Assembly: GCA_951406725.2 (NCBI GenBank)
Contig: OX597814.1
Span: 204,476,001 to 204,540,000 of the forward strand
Reading direction: 5' to 3'
DNA length: 64,000 bases
Source: Octopus vulgaris
Lineage: Eukaryota
The position numbers and the translations under genes are program-made. This document shows, piece by piece, positions 13,307 to 26,888 of this stretch (the first letter of the stretch is position 1; the number at the start of each line of letters is the position of its first letter). The notes under the pieces were generated by a model, which saw nothing but the letters and a program-made list of their open reading frames with translations, was not told where the DNA came from and made no database searches.

Positions 13307-13307
<1 letters not shown>
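9898..13307. repeat. Diverged inverted duplication (foldback) of about 3.4 kb, centred near 11270
   Basis: Reverse-complement matches: 9898-9948 with 13257-13307, about 10020-10920 with about 11565-12690, and about 10940-11265 with about 11285-11540. Confidence 0.9.
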
Positions 13308-13372
<65 letters not shown>

Positions 13373-13570
13373 GCACCTGTGTTGACGCCACGTAAAATAA
13401 AACACCCAGTAAACTCGGTAATGTGGTTGGCGTTAAGGAAAGAATCCAACCGTAAAAGCCTTGACAAAGCAAGCAATTGGAGCCTGGTGCAGCGCTCCGG
13501 CTGTCCAGCTCCTGTCAAACCGTCCAATCCGTACCAGCATGAAAAACAGACTTCAATGATGATAATGACA

Positions 13571-13602
<32 letters not shown>

Positions 13603-13904
13603 ATCACACACACGCGCACGCGCGTATGTATGTCATTATTCAGTATATTTCAAGATTTCTTGCCAATAGAGAAAAAACCGGTTTCTAACCTAGATCCAAG
13701 CATCCTACGTTGGAATTTCAACATCAACAACAGGGTATTTTTGTATGTATACATTTTTGCATACATACATACATACATACATACATACATGCGTACAAAG
13801 TGTATGTATGTATGTATGTATGTATGTATATGTACAGATTTGTATGCTTTGTTTTATGCATGTATTCTCTTGCATATAGTTGCATATATATTGAAATGAT
13901 AAAC

Positions 13905-15075
13905 TCCTTGAAAGTTTTACAGATTTTTACAATTCCAGTGATGGATTAGATCTGTAGTCTTCGAATTAGCTTTCTCCTTTCTGGTTTTGAGAGGCCTAAT
14001 TTCTCAAGATTGGTATTTAGGCAGGGTGTTACATATCCCAGGGCCCCAATAATTACAGGTATAAACCTGAGATTGTAATCTGGATAGAGTAACTGCAGAT
14101 TTCTCAATAGTTCAGTGTAGGTGTTCTCTTTTCCACTGATCCTCAGCTTTATGTTAACATCTGCTGGGCAGCTGATTTCCACAAATGTGCACAGTTTCTC
14201 TTCTCCATCCCAAATCATTATATCAGGTCTGTTGTGCTTACGTTTTATTGAGGCCATCACCGGTACATTTCACCAGTATTCCTTTTTATTATGAGTGGCT
14301 ATGGCATCTACCATATGGTGGGTTCTTATTTCTTTGCCCATGGGATTATCTTTCCGACGGATTTCATTATAGAGTGTCTTAACTACAATGTCGATGTCTC
14401 ATCGGTAGATAATACCGTGATGACATTTTCGGACAACTGCATATGATGTGGGTGATAACTTCAGTGTGAACTCCACAAAGTTTGCATTGGTTGTCACATT
14501 TTACGGCTTTTCCTGCATCTCTATCCCTTTTGTGCATCAGATACTTGGTTGATATTTCCTGATCCGGCATTGCAAACACATACACTTCAAAGTGGGAGGT
14601 AGTAATCCGGCTATTGGTCCATAATAAACTGCTTTGATGATCAATGTTACTATCATCACGGAGCTTTCTGCTATCATATCCATGTATAGTCTTCTGCTCA
14701 TATAGGCTCATCCTTTCATCTGATGATGCGTTGCAGTAGAGTCGTGCGGCTTATTTGAGCATGTATTCTAGGTTATCAGACAAAGAGTGTTGCTCAAGGT
14801 GTTGCCTTCCAAGTCTTATGATGTTATTAGCTTCATGTATGCAAACTTGGTCAAGGGATGCACTTCGACACTTGGTGCTTAAAAATGTTGCCGAAGGGAT
14901 GTGATGCGACATTGAAAGGCATTTGGGATCGATGTTAAGCTTCGGCCACCTTGTTTTCGTTTTAGGTAGAGGCAGTCTATAGCACTGTTTATGTGGAAAT
15001 TATGTGTACTTGTTAGTATTTTTCGGGTTTTCACATCAATGGCTCGGATCTAATCAAGCGTCCAATCTTGTAGCG
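13905..15075 (-). mobile_element. R4/Dong-type non-LTR retrotransposon, 3' fragment (CCHC plus restriction-like endonuclease)
   Basis: HINSAIDCLYLKRKQGGR, CKLCGVHTEVITHIICSC, and KHNRPDIMIWD..VEISCPADVNI..K..Y. Confidence 0.85.
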
Positions 15076-16657
15076 GGAGAAATTGATTTGTAAACAATAT
15101 TATGAAATGTCGGAGTCAGCAGTTGTAACGATAAAAAATTGTTGTTATAATGGCGTGTTGTAGGATGTGAAAGATGAACATTACATGAAGCCTAAAGGAA
15201 ATATTTACTTACTGTTTCGTTACAACACCTTGTCTCGACGGGCAGGTTATGATAAATCCAAAAGCATGCGAAAGAAAGTTAGATGTAGAATTTTTCTTTG
15301 CATAGTTTGGCGTACACAAATTGTTAGTAGTATTCCACAGATAGCGATAAATGATGTAAGAGAACAGAATTAGAGCTCGTGAGAGTTGTAGGGTGTTGTC
15401 TCACAGTTGCTGACCAAGGTTCTAGCAGGGCAGCCAGACATCGTTCTCACTGAGTTGTTACCGTAGTGGCTAACTGATTTTTGCTTGGGGTGTTCTTGCT
15501 TTTATAACTATCCAGAAGGATAGACATATCATTGTGAACAATAGATTTAGTTGGTGGTCTTCTTATCTCTATTCTAGCTTTTGGTGAAGTAGAAGAGGTT
15601 AGATAGGGTCAAGTGGTGAAGACATTATCTCGGCCTAGCTAAAGGCAATGTGGCAAATGTAAAACTGCTGTCAGAGAAAAACCATTGTCCCACCGTGAGA
15701 AAAGTTCTGTTGCAGGGTTAATTTAAATTTGGCTATGGTGGATCGAATCCACTTCATGCATGCAAGATCCACTACACTATATAAGGATTTGTATATTACA
15801 CTGTTAGCATTTGTGTCATTTACCTATTTCCTCATTCTGTTTTTAGTTGTCAGGTTGCGTAGTATAGTATTCATGTTTTCTGTTGAGGTTCGGTCTGTAT
15901 TCTATTTTGTATGTAGCCCCCATAATCTGTCTGAGTATCGTGTCTGTTCTATGTGTCGATTAGAGCCTAGCATCTATATTGTCAACCGGTGTTCAAATTG
16001 ACCGTATTAGTAGAGCCCTGACGAGCTTTCCTCTTCCTTGAGTTCCCGCTAGTATTCACTTATCCGCTCACCTATGCTATGTGCTGTCTCTCCAATGTAG
16101 GTCACCATCTCTTTATACATCTTATAATATAGACTACGTTCCTAGTTTCACAGTCTATCTTTGGGCTTATTCTATACACTATACAGTTCCCGTCTGTACA
16201 AGGATTTCTTCCTATCTATTAACAAAGCAATGTGTTGTTACAATGAATGACATAAAAGATGGTATTTAAGCCAATTTCTCTTTCTCTTTGATTTCCAGAA
16301 AAGTTTTTTAAATACTTCGAAATCAAAATTGGGCGCACCCGTACGTTAGATAAGCAGCCGGCAAACAGTCTATTCACATGCTAGAAATAGCAGCCAAATC
16401 TCACACAAACTCTTTTACGCACATATTTTTTTTGGAAATTTTTTTTCATATACGATTCATAGAAGCCGATTATATCGCAATTTTTTTTTGTTTTTTTTTT
16501 TTTTGAAAAAGCTATTCGTTGGGGGTGGGTATGAGTTTCGATAAAAATCCCAAACTGGTCGGATTTGTTTCTTGGCAAAAAAATTTCAGAGAAATTTTCC
16601 GCGGTAAAAACAGGTATTATATATATTGTGTGGCAAAAAGTGAAAATAAAGCGTTCA

Positions 16658-16689
<32 letters not shown>

Positions 16690-17644
16690 GCACAACTGAA
16701 AGTGTTGAAAATTTCCGAAGTGTTTTTTTCCTCTACAAAATGAAGAAAATATGAAAGAAATTTCATGTTACATATCATTGGAATTTTCAGGGTATAAACA
16801 GAGTTCTTCGACATTGTATTCCGAGATCCTTGTAGTCCATTTTGAGATTTCACTCGGTGGCAAAAAATGAAACAATATGAAAGCATTAAATAAGCCTTCA
16901 AGCACATGGTAGAAATAGCAGCCACACAAACACTTTTTCGCACATATTCTTTTATATGACCTAGAAATTGATTATATCAGATTTTTTTTTTGTTTCGAAA
17001 AAGCTATTCGTGGGGGTGTTGTAAATTTCCAAAGTCCCCCCCCCCCCCTATAAAAATGAATCTTGAAAGGGTATTTACGAAATAAGTGAGTACGGAAATA
17101 ACAGCCAAAATCTCCAACAAACTCTTTTGACACCCACCCACACACATCTGTATGTGATGCACATACAACACGAATTCGTAGAAAATATCAAAGAAATTTC
17201 ATGTTACATACCGTTGGAATTTATGGGGAATAAAGCTCGCAGTTATGATTTCCGCGATCCTTGTAATTCCATTTTGAAATTTCTCTCGGTGTCCTGAAAG
17301 GGAAATCAGTGACCCAACAAAATAGAAAAAAATAAATAAATGAACTCTTAATTGTAACTACACAGTATTCGCGATAAAATAATGGAAAAAATATATGTGA
17401 TCGATCTAATCACCTTTCTGCAAAGATTTATATCAGAGAAATTCACGCATTCCGATTTTCCCCCTTATAACTTTAAAGAAAATGGACATCTTGGAAATAA
17501 ATGTTTTCCTGAAAGTTACGAGGGGGAAAAAACGAATTTTGTGACATTTCGGAAAGTCCCCCCACCCCGCCTCCGTTCCTTTGCTCCGTATGTTTGCCGA
17601 CTGTGACAGAAAATGAAATGACAGTATAGAATTAAATATTCTTA

Positions 17645-18577
17645 CCTATGTCCGTGGCTTGTAAAGTTCACCAGCATCCTGAATGAACGTTTGGAATAGA
17701 TCCTTCCCTCTGGGAGCAGACCTCCACTTGTATTCACACAGATGCGCCGACAATCTTTCGTGTCTAGTGTAATCTCTGACATTTGACGTTTGATCTGCCA
17801 CCACAGACTTTCGATAGTGTTTGTGCGCGCTCCGGTGAGAAGATCCACGAAGTTGTATTTGGGATTTACAGTTAGATGCTGGAAACCGACAGCTCCAAGG
17901 CTGTCGTCTGCTTTCCAGCAATCGCTAATTATTGTTGTCCCAGGCTTTTTATGGTGTAAAATATCGGTTCTAGCGTTGCCCTGTCCCGCTTATTTTCCGG
18001 CAACGCAATTAAAAAAAGTTTCTTTTGTTTCCCGGCATATGCATTCGAACACCCACTGGCCTTCAACAAATCTTCCCCGTCGATACTTGGTTTTACCGAA
18101 TTTCAATTCATCGATTTCCACAGTAAGTCCTGGGCCGCCAATGGGTTCGTCCGTATGCAGTTTTATTTCCACCGACCTTTGGCAGACTTCACGACAGTGC
18201 GAAAAATAGTCTGCTACGGTTTCTGTGGATGTTACTAACACGTTGCCATTGTCCCGAGTCACTTTCAGGCAAAGAAATACTCATTTCATGGATCGTTTGA
18301 TGATATGGTAACTTATAGATAAAGCAATAAACTAGTAACATACTCTTTCTCAAAGACAAATTACTTTACGCAAACCAAATTCCCTTCCGAAGTGCAATTT
18401 GTTTTTTTTGAGTTCTTGCACCTTTTCTTGTTGCACTGGAACCTGCACCCTGAATGCAACCTTTCTGGACGCTTAATTTTATAAACCTTGCTTAATATAG
18501 CTCTGCAAGATGGGCAACGCATTTGTTTCGGAAGCAGCCTAATTTCCTATGAGAAAGTTTGTACAGATTCACGCCAT
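17645..18577 (-). mobile_element. Merlin (IS1595/ISXO2-like) DDE transposase pseudogene
   Basis: N-terminal Cys motif RCPSC..FQCNKKRC, then IGGPGLTVEIDELKFGKTKYRRGRFVEGQWVF and DLLTGARTNTIESLWWQIKR. Several frameshifts. Confidence 0.85.
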
Positions 18578-18753
18578 GCTTTTTACTTCGTTTTCGCGAT
18601 ACTGGCGAATCAGTCGATGCAGAAGGCTGCTCACAATCAGACGACATCTTGAAGCGAACTAAGAATGCACCTTTCTACAAATAAATTTTCTGTAACGGAA
18701 ATTCCAGTATTCCCTGTGTTAAATACACTGTGTACAAGTGTCAGTTCCCTGCT

Positions 18754-18817
<64 letters not shown>

Positions 18818-20291
18818 CTGCGACTGCTAAATAATGTGATTCTATATTGGTTGATTGGCCAAAGTGTTAGATTTATATGATGGTCATCAGGATTAATTTA
18901 GGTCAACTGGTGAACTTTGTGTGAAACAGCTAGTGTCAAAGGTCGAAATGAAAATTCATGTATTATCTTTTGACAGGACAACGAAATTTCTCTGGCGCCT
19001 CCTCTTTCACAAATGGTGGATCAGATGAGCGAGAATCCTGAGATTTGGTTTCGAATCACAGATCGGGAAAAGGAAGCGTTACTTTTTACATAACGATTGC
19101 CATGACGACGACTATAGCATGGAAACAATAGGAAGCTGATGTAGGTAGTCCCTTATCTACATATACCCAGCTACATATACCAGATGGCTGTCCGCGGGTT
19201 CAGCCGTATTGTTTTTGGTTAGGCATAATCTATAACAGCATTTCTCAAAGTAAAAAATGAAGAATTTAGGGGGGGGGGCGGATTTTTAAATGCCTATTTT
19301 TGGCATTTTCCCGGAATCTCCGTAGCTGAAAACGTGGCTTTTGGAGAAAAAAAATGTTCGGAGATAGGGAGGGGAGGGGGGCAGACGGAAGTCTTTCTAT
19401 TTTTTTCTTACTTTAGATGCTCGTGTTGTTTTTGACAAAATATACCAGTCCTGAATTGTAGTGTCGAATCGCATACACATTGCTTACATACTCACGTCGT
19501 CTTCAATGATCTCAAACTACTTTCATGATATTACCTAGCATATTGTATTACAGAACACTCCCAACTATCTACGTTCGTTATTTCATGAACGTTGTTCCGT
19601 TAAGTTATTTATATGATCACTTGTGGGTTATTATGTGATCACTTGTAAATATAAACGACGTGGGTTAATAAAGATATGTGAAAACTCAAATATTAGCCTG
19701 GTCATTCTCATCTTGTTCAAAATTGTGAACTACCATTATATATATATTATATAAAATCCGTTCTGTCTGTGTGTGTCTTCTAGGATCTCGGGCATCCTCC
19801 ATCCGATTGTGCTCAAATTTGATATGTAAATACCGATGGTATCAGGGCGTGTATAAGTCTTGAAAAAAATTACAAAAATCGATTCCAGGTGAGAATGCTA
19901 TCGATAAAGCCGTTTTTGTCCTGCTTTTCTTCCATCAACCTGTACATAACTGCACCTTCCATTTTTGTTGTTTTTGTGCGGCTTAAAGGCACGTTTCTTT
20001 CCTGCCAAACTTACTGTTTAAACCATGTTTGTGTTCTCCCAGTCAACAGCCTTATCATTACTGGTACTTTAAACTCTTTGGTTGCATATTTGTGCGAATA
20101 AAATCGTTTTTCTTTGGAATAAAAAAAAGTCTATCTTTATTTCTTCTTTTGCAGGTGTCTCAAATTTAGATTAAATCAGTGTTTCTCAAAGGGGAGGCCT
20201 ATGGGACGGTCAGACAAGCTGTTTTGAGAAAATTTGGTTTAAATGTTTGACAACTCAGCACCGTCCATTGGACGGGGGTGGCTTTTCGCTC

Positions 20292-20343
<52 letters not shown>

Positions 20344-20999
20344 TTTATCTCATATCTTTCGCTTGTTTCGGTCATTAGACTGCGGTCATGCTGGAGCACT
20401 GCTTTGGAGAATTTTAGTCGAATGAATTGGTCCCAATATTTACCTTTTTAAAGCATGGTACTTATTCTAGCAGTTTCTTTTGCGGATCCGCTAAATTACG
20501 GCGATGTAAATACACAGACATCGGTTGTCAAGCGATGGAGGGGGAAAATACAAACACAAAGACGCTCCCTATCGCACACAGACACACAGACACAGACACA
20601 CACACACACACACACACACGTACACACACACAAGAGGATTCTTTCAGTTTCTGTCAACCATATCCACTTACAAGGCTTTGGTCGGCCCGAGGCTTCAGTA
20701 GAAGACACTTGCTCAAGGTTCCATGTAGTGGGACTGAATCCGAACCCATGTGGTTAGGAAGCAAACTTCTTACCACACAGCCACGCTTTCGCCTATATAT
20801 ATACATTTTTCTCTCCTTGTTTTTTTCTGTGTCCCTTTCTGTAGAAGAGCGTAGGCTCGAAACGTAAAAGACTTTTTCAATTCCTGAGCGTTATACTAAT
20901 ACATCTGTTTGTTTTGTACACCACCTGTCTTCGTCTTTTGTTTTCTTCGTGAACTCTCCCTATGTATATATATATATATATTCTTTTTCTTTTCCTCCC

Positions 21000-21470
21000 A
21001 GTCCCTCCGGACTCCTGTTCATCCTTGACAAAAAATCTCTATACACTGATATCCCTCACAATGAAGGCCTCCTTGCATTAAAATACTTCCTGGATCTTTG
21101 TCCTGATCCCCAGCCTGACACCTCTATCCTCCCCCGTTTAGTTGAACTTGTCCTCTCCTTAAATTAATTCTCAATCGAGGGAGTGTTTTACCATCAGGCC
21201 TCAGAAGTGGCCATGGGAACGAGAATGGGCCCCAACTATGCGAAATTGCTCGTCGGCTGTGTTGAAGCCCAAATATTCTCTCAGTTAACTGGTTCAACTC
21301 TTGAGCTATGCAACGCTACACTGACAACTGTATCAGCGCGACCTCAGTCTTTCGCGAACATCTCGACTCCTGCCTTTCTTTCACCCGGTCTTTCCATCCT
21401 GATCTTCAATTCTCTTGCTCTGTCTCCAACAGCTGTCAACCTTCTCAACATTTCTGTTATCATCCACCAA
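21000..21470 (+). mobile_element. Penelope-like element reverse transcriptase fragment
   Basis: LFILDKKSLYTDIPHNEGLLALKYFL..LVELVLSLN..FYHQASEVAMGTRMGPNYA corresponds to the PLE RT motifs DxxSLYTxIP and GxAMG..PxYA. A hammerhead-like terminal repeat lies just upstream at about 20830-20960. Confidence 0.85.
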
Positions 21471-22238
21471 AACTGCTCCGATAATTATTAACTGGTAATT
21501 GAACGGTAAATGTGTATTTTTATATACCTTGGACCGGCCACCTCTTTGCTCTTTTTTCTAGCGGTGTCATATGAAATTGTCACCCATAATTATAACCCTA
21601 GTATCGATCTATTGCATTTCAATCTATTTTAGATTTAGGGTTAGTTAGGGTTAGGGGTGGGAGAAGGGTATCTTTTTTTCTTCACAAATGTAAATAAACC
21701 CAATCTGTTTCTTAAACGAGGGACATATTCATACGGCACAGAATGCTTTCACCTCAATAGACGGTCATTGATTGGTTGAAATTGCCGAAATGCAAGAAAT
21801 TAAAGACGAAATATGTTACAAACTAAAGAATTTTCTCAAGAAAGCCAAGAGAAAAAGATGTTTTATAAACACATTCTACCAGTATACGAAGTTTAAAATT
21901 TTTTAGATACCTAGAAATTATGTTAAAAACTGCCGTTCAAACCGAAAAGATCCAAAATTTTTAAATAAGTAATGTTGTAGGGAGAATGTACAAATACCGT
22001 AAAGGCAAAGATATTTACGCACGACAAAATTGAAATACACTGAAGTCAATTTTTAGGCAGATGTGACAAAACTGAATTTAAATACACTGCGTGAACAAAA
22101 ATTTAAAATACGTGAATTATTTTTCAGGGAGAACGTACAAAAACCATAACAATAGAGATTTTTAGGCATGACTAACTGAAGTACACGGAAGACAATTTGT
22201 AGACAGAAGTTGGTGTGTGAGTGAGTTAAAGAGAGAGA

Positions 22239-22293
<55 letters not shown>

Positions 22294-24277
22294 AGAAACA
22301 GACAGACTAAAAGAGAGGATCTATTATAGAGGGTGAGAGAGAATATGTGTAAACAAGAGAAAAAAAGAGAGAAGAGAGAAATAAACAGAAAGAGTAAAGG
22401 GAGAGAATCTGTTGAAAACTGCAGAAGTTTTTAGAGAAAAAACCCTTGTAAAACACCGTTTTTCGAGGAGCTCTGGGAAAAGTACTATAGTGCATGACCA
22501 TCATTGGTACATAAGTAATGTGTGTGTAAAGTTTGGTGAAAATCGGTTGAAAACTGTAGAGATGCACACGTACTACACACACGCACACACACAGACACGT
22601 ATCCTTTGTTTTATATATATAGATATAGGTATCACTGTATATAATTAAAGGTTAGTGCCTTTTGTCGTCGACGACATAAACATATTAGAAGGAAAGGGGA
22701 AGGGAGAACAAGTATTTAAGACAAGCAACATAACTTCCCCTACATGGTTTAGTGATTCTCAAGTTTGGTTAAATTTGACTGTCTTTATCATAGCTGTTAA
22801 CTCTCCTTATACAATCTTCGGTCAAATTGGTTGGCGAGAAAACTTGCTTACTTGCTTGGAAATTATGTCCCCTCAGTCATGACGAGTCAGCCTGTGCTGA
22901 TTAGTTTAGTCATATTCCCATAGACTTTATGGTGACACTACCTTTTACCTGGAAATATATTAGCTCGTGATTTAGACAGGGAATAAGCTGAGAGCTATGG
23001 TTCAAATCTCAGCCAAGTCTCGCTACAAGATAAACTTATATAAAACTGCTTATAACTGTGACTTTTATGTTTCTTCACTAAACGGATATGTGTTGTTGGA
23101 GTGAAAAAAGCAAGGATTGTGGGCGTTGAAACACCAGCAAATATAATGGTTTCAAAAGGAGGGAATTTTAAGTGGATGGATGGCCATATTATCAACCGAA
23201 AGTGGAATGATGGCCATAATATCAACCGGAAGGTAATGAGAGATGTGCTGATGAATGGGCGAGTTAAGAGAGCGGTAAAGGCACTTGAGGGAATTAGGGA
23301 GCGAGACTTTTTCCAGAAATCGTTAGAGGTCTTTGTAGCTGGGGTCCTGGTGAGAGAGAAAGAGGAGGAAGAGTGAGAGAGAGTGAGAGGTGTAATTCTA
23401 CGAAAATACAGATTCCACCTTAGTGAGAAGTTAGAGGTGTATGAGTGCAAGTACATTCCTTGACATTAAAACCCTGTTCTTGCGTAGAGAGTATTTGCAC
23501 TTCATAAAAGAGCAGCAAACTCTCCAGAGCTGAAGAAATTAAGTTTGCTTTTACTTGTTCCAGTCAATAGACTGCGGCCGAGCTGGGGCACCGCCTTGAA
23601 GAATTTCCAGTCGAATGAATCGATCCCAGAATTTATAATTTTTTTTTAAAGACTGGTACTTATTCTATCGGTCTTTCTTGCGGAATCACTTAGTCACGCG
23701 GACGTAAACAAACCAACACCGATTGTAAAGGGGGTGGTGGAGGACACAGACAGACAGAGTGGCAGACAAACAGACAGACAGACGGACACACACACACACA
23801 CACAAACATATATATATATATATATACGATGGGCTTCTTTCAGTTTCAGCCTCCCAAATCCACTCAAAAGGTTTGGTCGGCTTGAGGCTATAGTAGAAGA
23901 GACTTTCATAAGATTCCAAGCAGCCGAACCGAACCTGGAACCTTATAGTTTCGGCTTCAGTCCCACTGCACACAGCCACACTTGCGCCTCCAAACAGCCA
24001 TGCCTGCGCCACCATACAGTCACATGCAATTATTTTTGTGAAAAATTTGAAATCACCACAAGAGGATATTAAAGATTTTGAGGCTGAGAATTCATAGAAA
24101 TTGTTAGAATTAATATATATTAATATATATTAACTTAGCGGTTCGGCAAAAGAGACCGATAGGATAAGTAGTAGACTTACAAAGAATAAGTCCTGGGGTC
24201 TATTTGCTCGGTTAAAGGCGGTGCTCCAGCATGGCTACAGTAAATTGACTGAAACAAGTAAAAGAGTATATACTTTA

Positions 24278-24665
24278 AGGCCGTGAGCTTAGCACGACGG
24301 GCGAAATGCTTAGCGGTATTTTGTCTGTCTTTATGTTCTAAGTTCAAATTCCGCCGAGGTCGACTTTGCCTTTCATCCTTTCGGGGTCGATAAATTAAGG
24401 ACCAGTTACGCACTGGGGTTGATGTAATAGACTTAATCCGTTTGTCTGTCCTTGTTTGTCCCCTCTATGTTTAGCCCCTTGTGGGTAGTAAAGAAATAGG
24501 TATTTCGTCTGTCTTTATGTTCTGAGTTCAAATTCCGCCGAGGTCGACTTTGCCTTTCATCCTTTCGGGGTCGATAAATTACGTACCAGTTGCGTACTGG
24601 GGTAGATCTAATCGACTGGCCCCTCCTCCCCCAAAATCTCAGGCCTTGTGTCTAGAGTAGAAAAG
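24278..24665 (+). mobile_element. SINE family B, here with an internal duplication; other copies at about 4260-4467(-), 6987-7100, 36445-36660, 37577-37787, 44237-44448, 49805-49918
   Basis: Head ggcggtgagctggcagaatcgttagc..gagttcaaattcc and conserved core gtcgactttgcctttcatcctttcggggtcgataaa..gtaccagtt recur across the window. Confidence 0.85.
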
Positions 24666-25029
24666 AATATATTAATATATATATTTTGCAAATATAAATG
24701 AAGTAGAAGTATAGAAAACTAAACATTATTTTCCATCTTACTGTTAGTTTTATTTCATTTTGAAAAATAAAAATTTATTTTACAGTTTATTATTGTTTAT
24801 ATTTTAAATTACATAGATATGGGAGCAGAGTGGCGAAACATCGATGTCCACTGCCCCTGATTGGGATTTGGGAGTGAGTTGTCTCCCCTGTCTATGACTT
24901 TCAGGTATTTTAACACTTGGCGCTTTGCTGGAGTCATCTCCACCGCACCAAATTTCCAGCCTGCCGAAATAGGCTCCGTCTTAGTTGTAAACTTGTCAAA
25001 GGCAGAAATACAATCATGCCAAAAATCAT

Positions 25030-25370
25030 TCCTTTCCTGGTATTGTGAATGTGTACAAGCCTCTTGGTAACGCTTCTTAGATTTGCTGTATGAAAAGTGC
25101 ACACATGTTCGCAACATGAAACTTGACCCACAGGTCATTCTGTTCGGGTTGAGAAAAAAGCACATATACTGATGGCATCATTGACTTATTAGCAACTTTT
25201 TTTTATATAAAAGCAAAGTGTCAAAAACCACTTTCAGTTTCAAATATTTTAGATACTCTGTGCACGACAGATATCTAATTGTAAAAAAACCCAGATCATA
25301 CAATGAAAGCAAACAAGAGGAATTTTATAAAAAGTGGAGGCTCTACCATGAGTCTGCAAACGCATGGTAG
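25030..25370 (+). mobile_element. Possible L1/Tx1-type ORF2 C-terminal remnant
   Basis: FLSWYCECVQASW and FLYKSK..F..FRYSVHDRYLIVKK..EEFYKKWRLY resemble the Tx1 C-terminus pattern. Heavily decayed. Confidence 0.4.
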
Positions 25371-26065
25371 TCCTCTAATGCATCAAGATTTTATGAGTGA
25401 TTGACGAGTGAATGTGTAGGAGTGTGTACTCTATTTTATTTTATTGTTTACTTATTTTTTATTCCTTCTTTTCTCTCTTTTCTCTTTCTTTGTTATTTAT
25501 TTATTATCTATTTTTATTTTTGCTTTCTCCGTTTCTTTCTTTTCAAAATAAAAGGTCCTATTCTCCATTTGTTTTATGCAAGACTTCACGGTCCCCTGGC
25601 CATGCTGTCTTAAATTATAACAGGGAAAACTGGAAGCAAAAATGTTAATTATACAAAAAAAAAATATTGTGTACGTCAAAAAGTCGACTTTTTTTCTTCT
25701 TAGAGAGCGCGACGACTATATGTGTGTATATGTCACAGATAGCGGACGTGTGTTTGTGTTGATTCACACGCCATGACATTCATTATATGTGTGTATATTC
25801 TGTATGTGTATATGTGTGTTGACGCCACGGAAGCCATGTTTTTTTTCGTCAAGAAATGACAAACATTGTGTTCACTCGTTTTCATTAATAAATAGAGGTC
25901 CAAATGTCACAAGAATATAAAGGGTGCAGACTGTCGCACCGATAACTAGCTAGTGGAGAATCTGCCTAGGGTTAAACTAGTACTAATATTCAGCTGCCAC
26001 TTTAATGCGGTGACAGACTACTACTACTACACACACACACGCACACGCACGCACGCACGCACACA

Positions 26066-26125
<60 letters not shown>

Positions 26126-26163
26126 TATATATTATGTTCTCTTAGACGACTCAAACATATATG

Positions 26164-26207
<44 letters not shown>

Positions 26208-26480
26208 CTGGAACTCGACTGAGGATAGAAAACTCCGATTGACCCGTCCTTGTTTTCCTTGTATCGTTTGTCTGGATGTTTTGTTGTACCTTTATATATA
26301 TATATTTCCTCCGTCTTCCCTTCCTTGGATCTTTCCTTTTCCTATGTTTCTGACGGAGAGATCCGCTCGAAACGTTGTACCCTTCTTCTTTCTTTCTTGA
26401 GCGTCCAATAGCACTATAGTTGTTCCACGTCCTCGCGTTGTTGTGTTTTCTCTTTGTGTTTTCATGTTTGGATTAACTTC

Positions 26481-26539
<59 letters not shown>

Positions 26540-26810
26540 ATATATATACACATATGTTGGAGTCGTCTAAAAGACCATAAGTGTGGGAGAAGATGTACTC
26601 GTATAACTGTTAGTAGAGTGGGTATATTATCCAATATTTATAGTATTTAGTTTCCATCACAGCTGGTCTTACCAACCGGTTTCGCGCAAAATATACAATC
26701 GAGTGTTAGGCAACAAAGCAATTCTATAAAAACTCTCATCAGAGGTAGCCAACACGGAAGGGCATATGGCGAGCAAGCAATTGCCATATTCACATCCATG
26801 TCGGCTACCT

Positions 26811-26888
26811 CTGATGAGCGTATTTATAGAATTTCTTTGTTGCTTAACGCTCAATTGTATTTTTTGCGCGAAACCGATTGGTAAGACC
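26811..26888 (+). ncRNA. Hammerhead-like motif with a large stem II insert; mirror copy on the minus strand at 26665-26742
   Basis: CUGAUGA-GCGUA..about 42 nt..UGCGC-GAAA-CC GAUU GG-UA. Stem I is weak. Confidence 0.5.

Noticed and set aside
15080-16250. Coding-like non-repetitive stretch next to the R4/Dong fragment
   Set aside because: No recognisable motif in any frame. It is probably a decayed element but could not be assigned.
21632-21657. TTAGGG telomere-like repeats
   Set aside because: Only about 3 imperfect units, inside a probable transposon remnant.
22995-23456. ORFs of 153 aa and 91 aa with a duplicated 30-bp unit
   Set aside because: No domain similarity recognised and no convincing splice signals.
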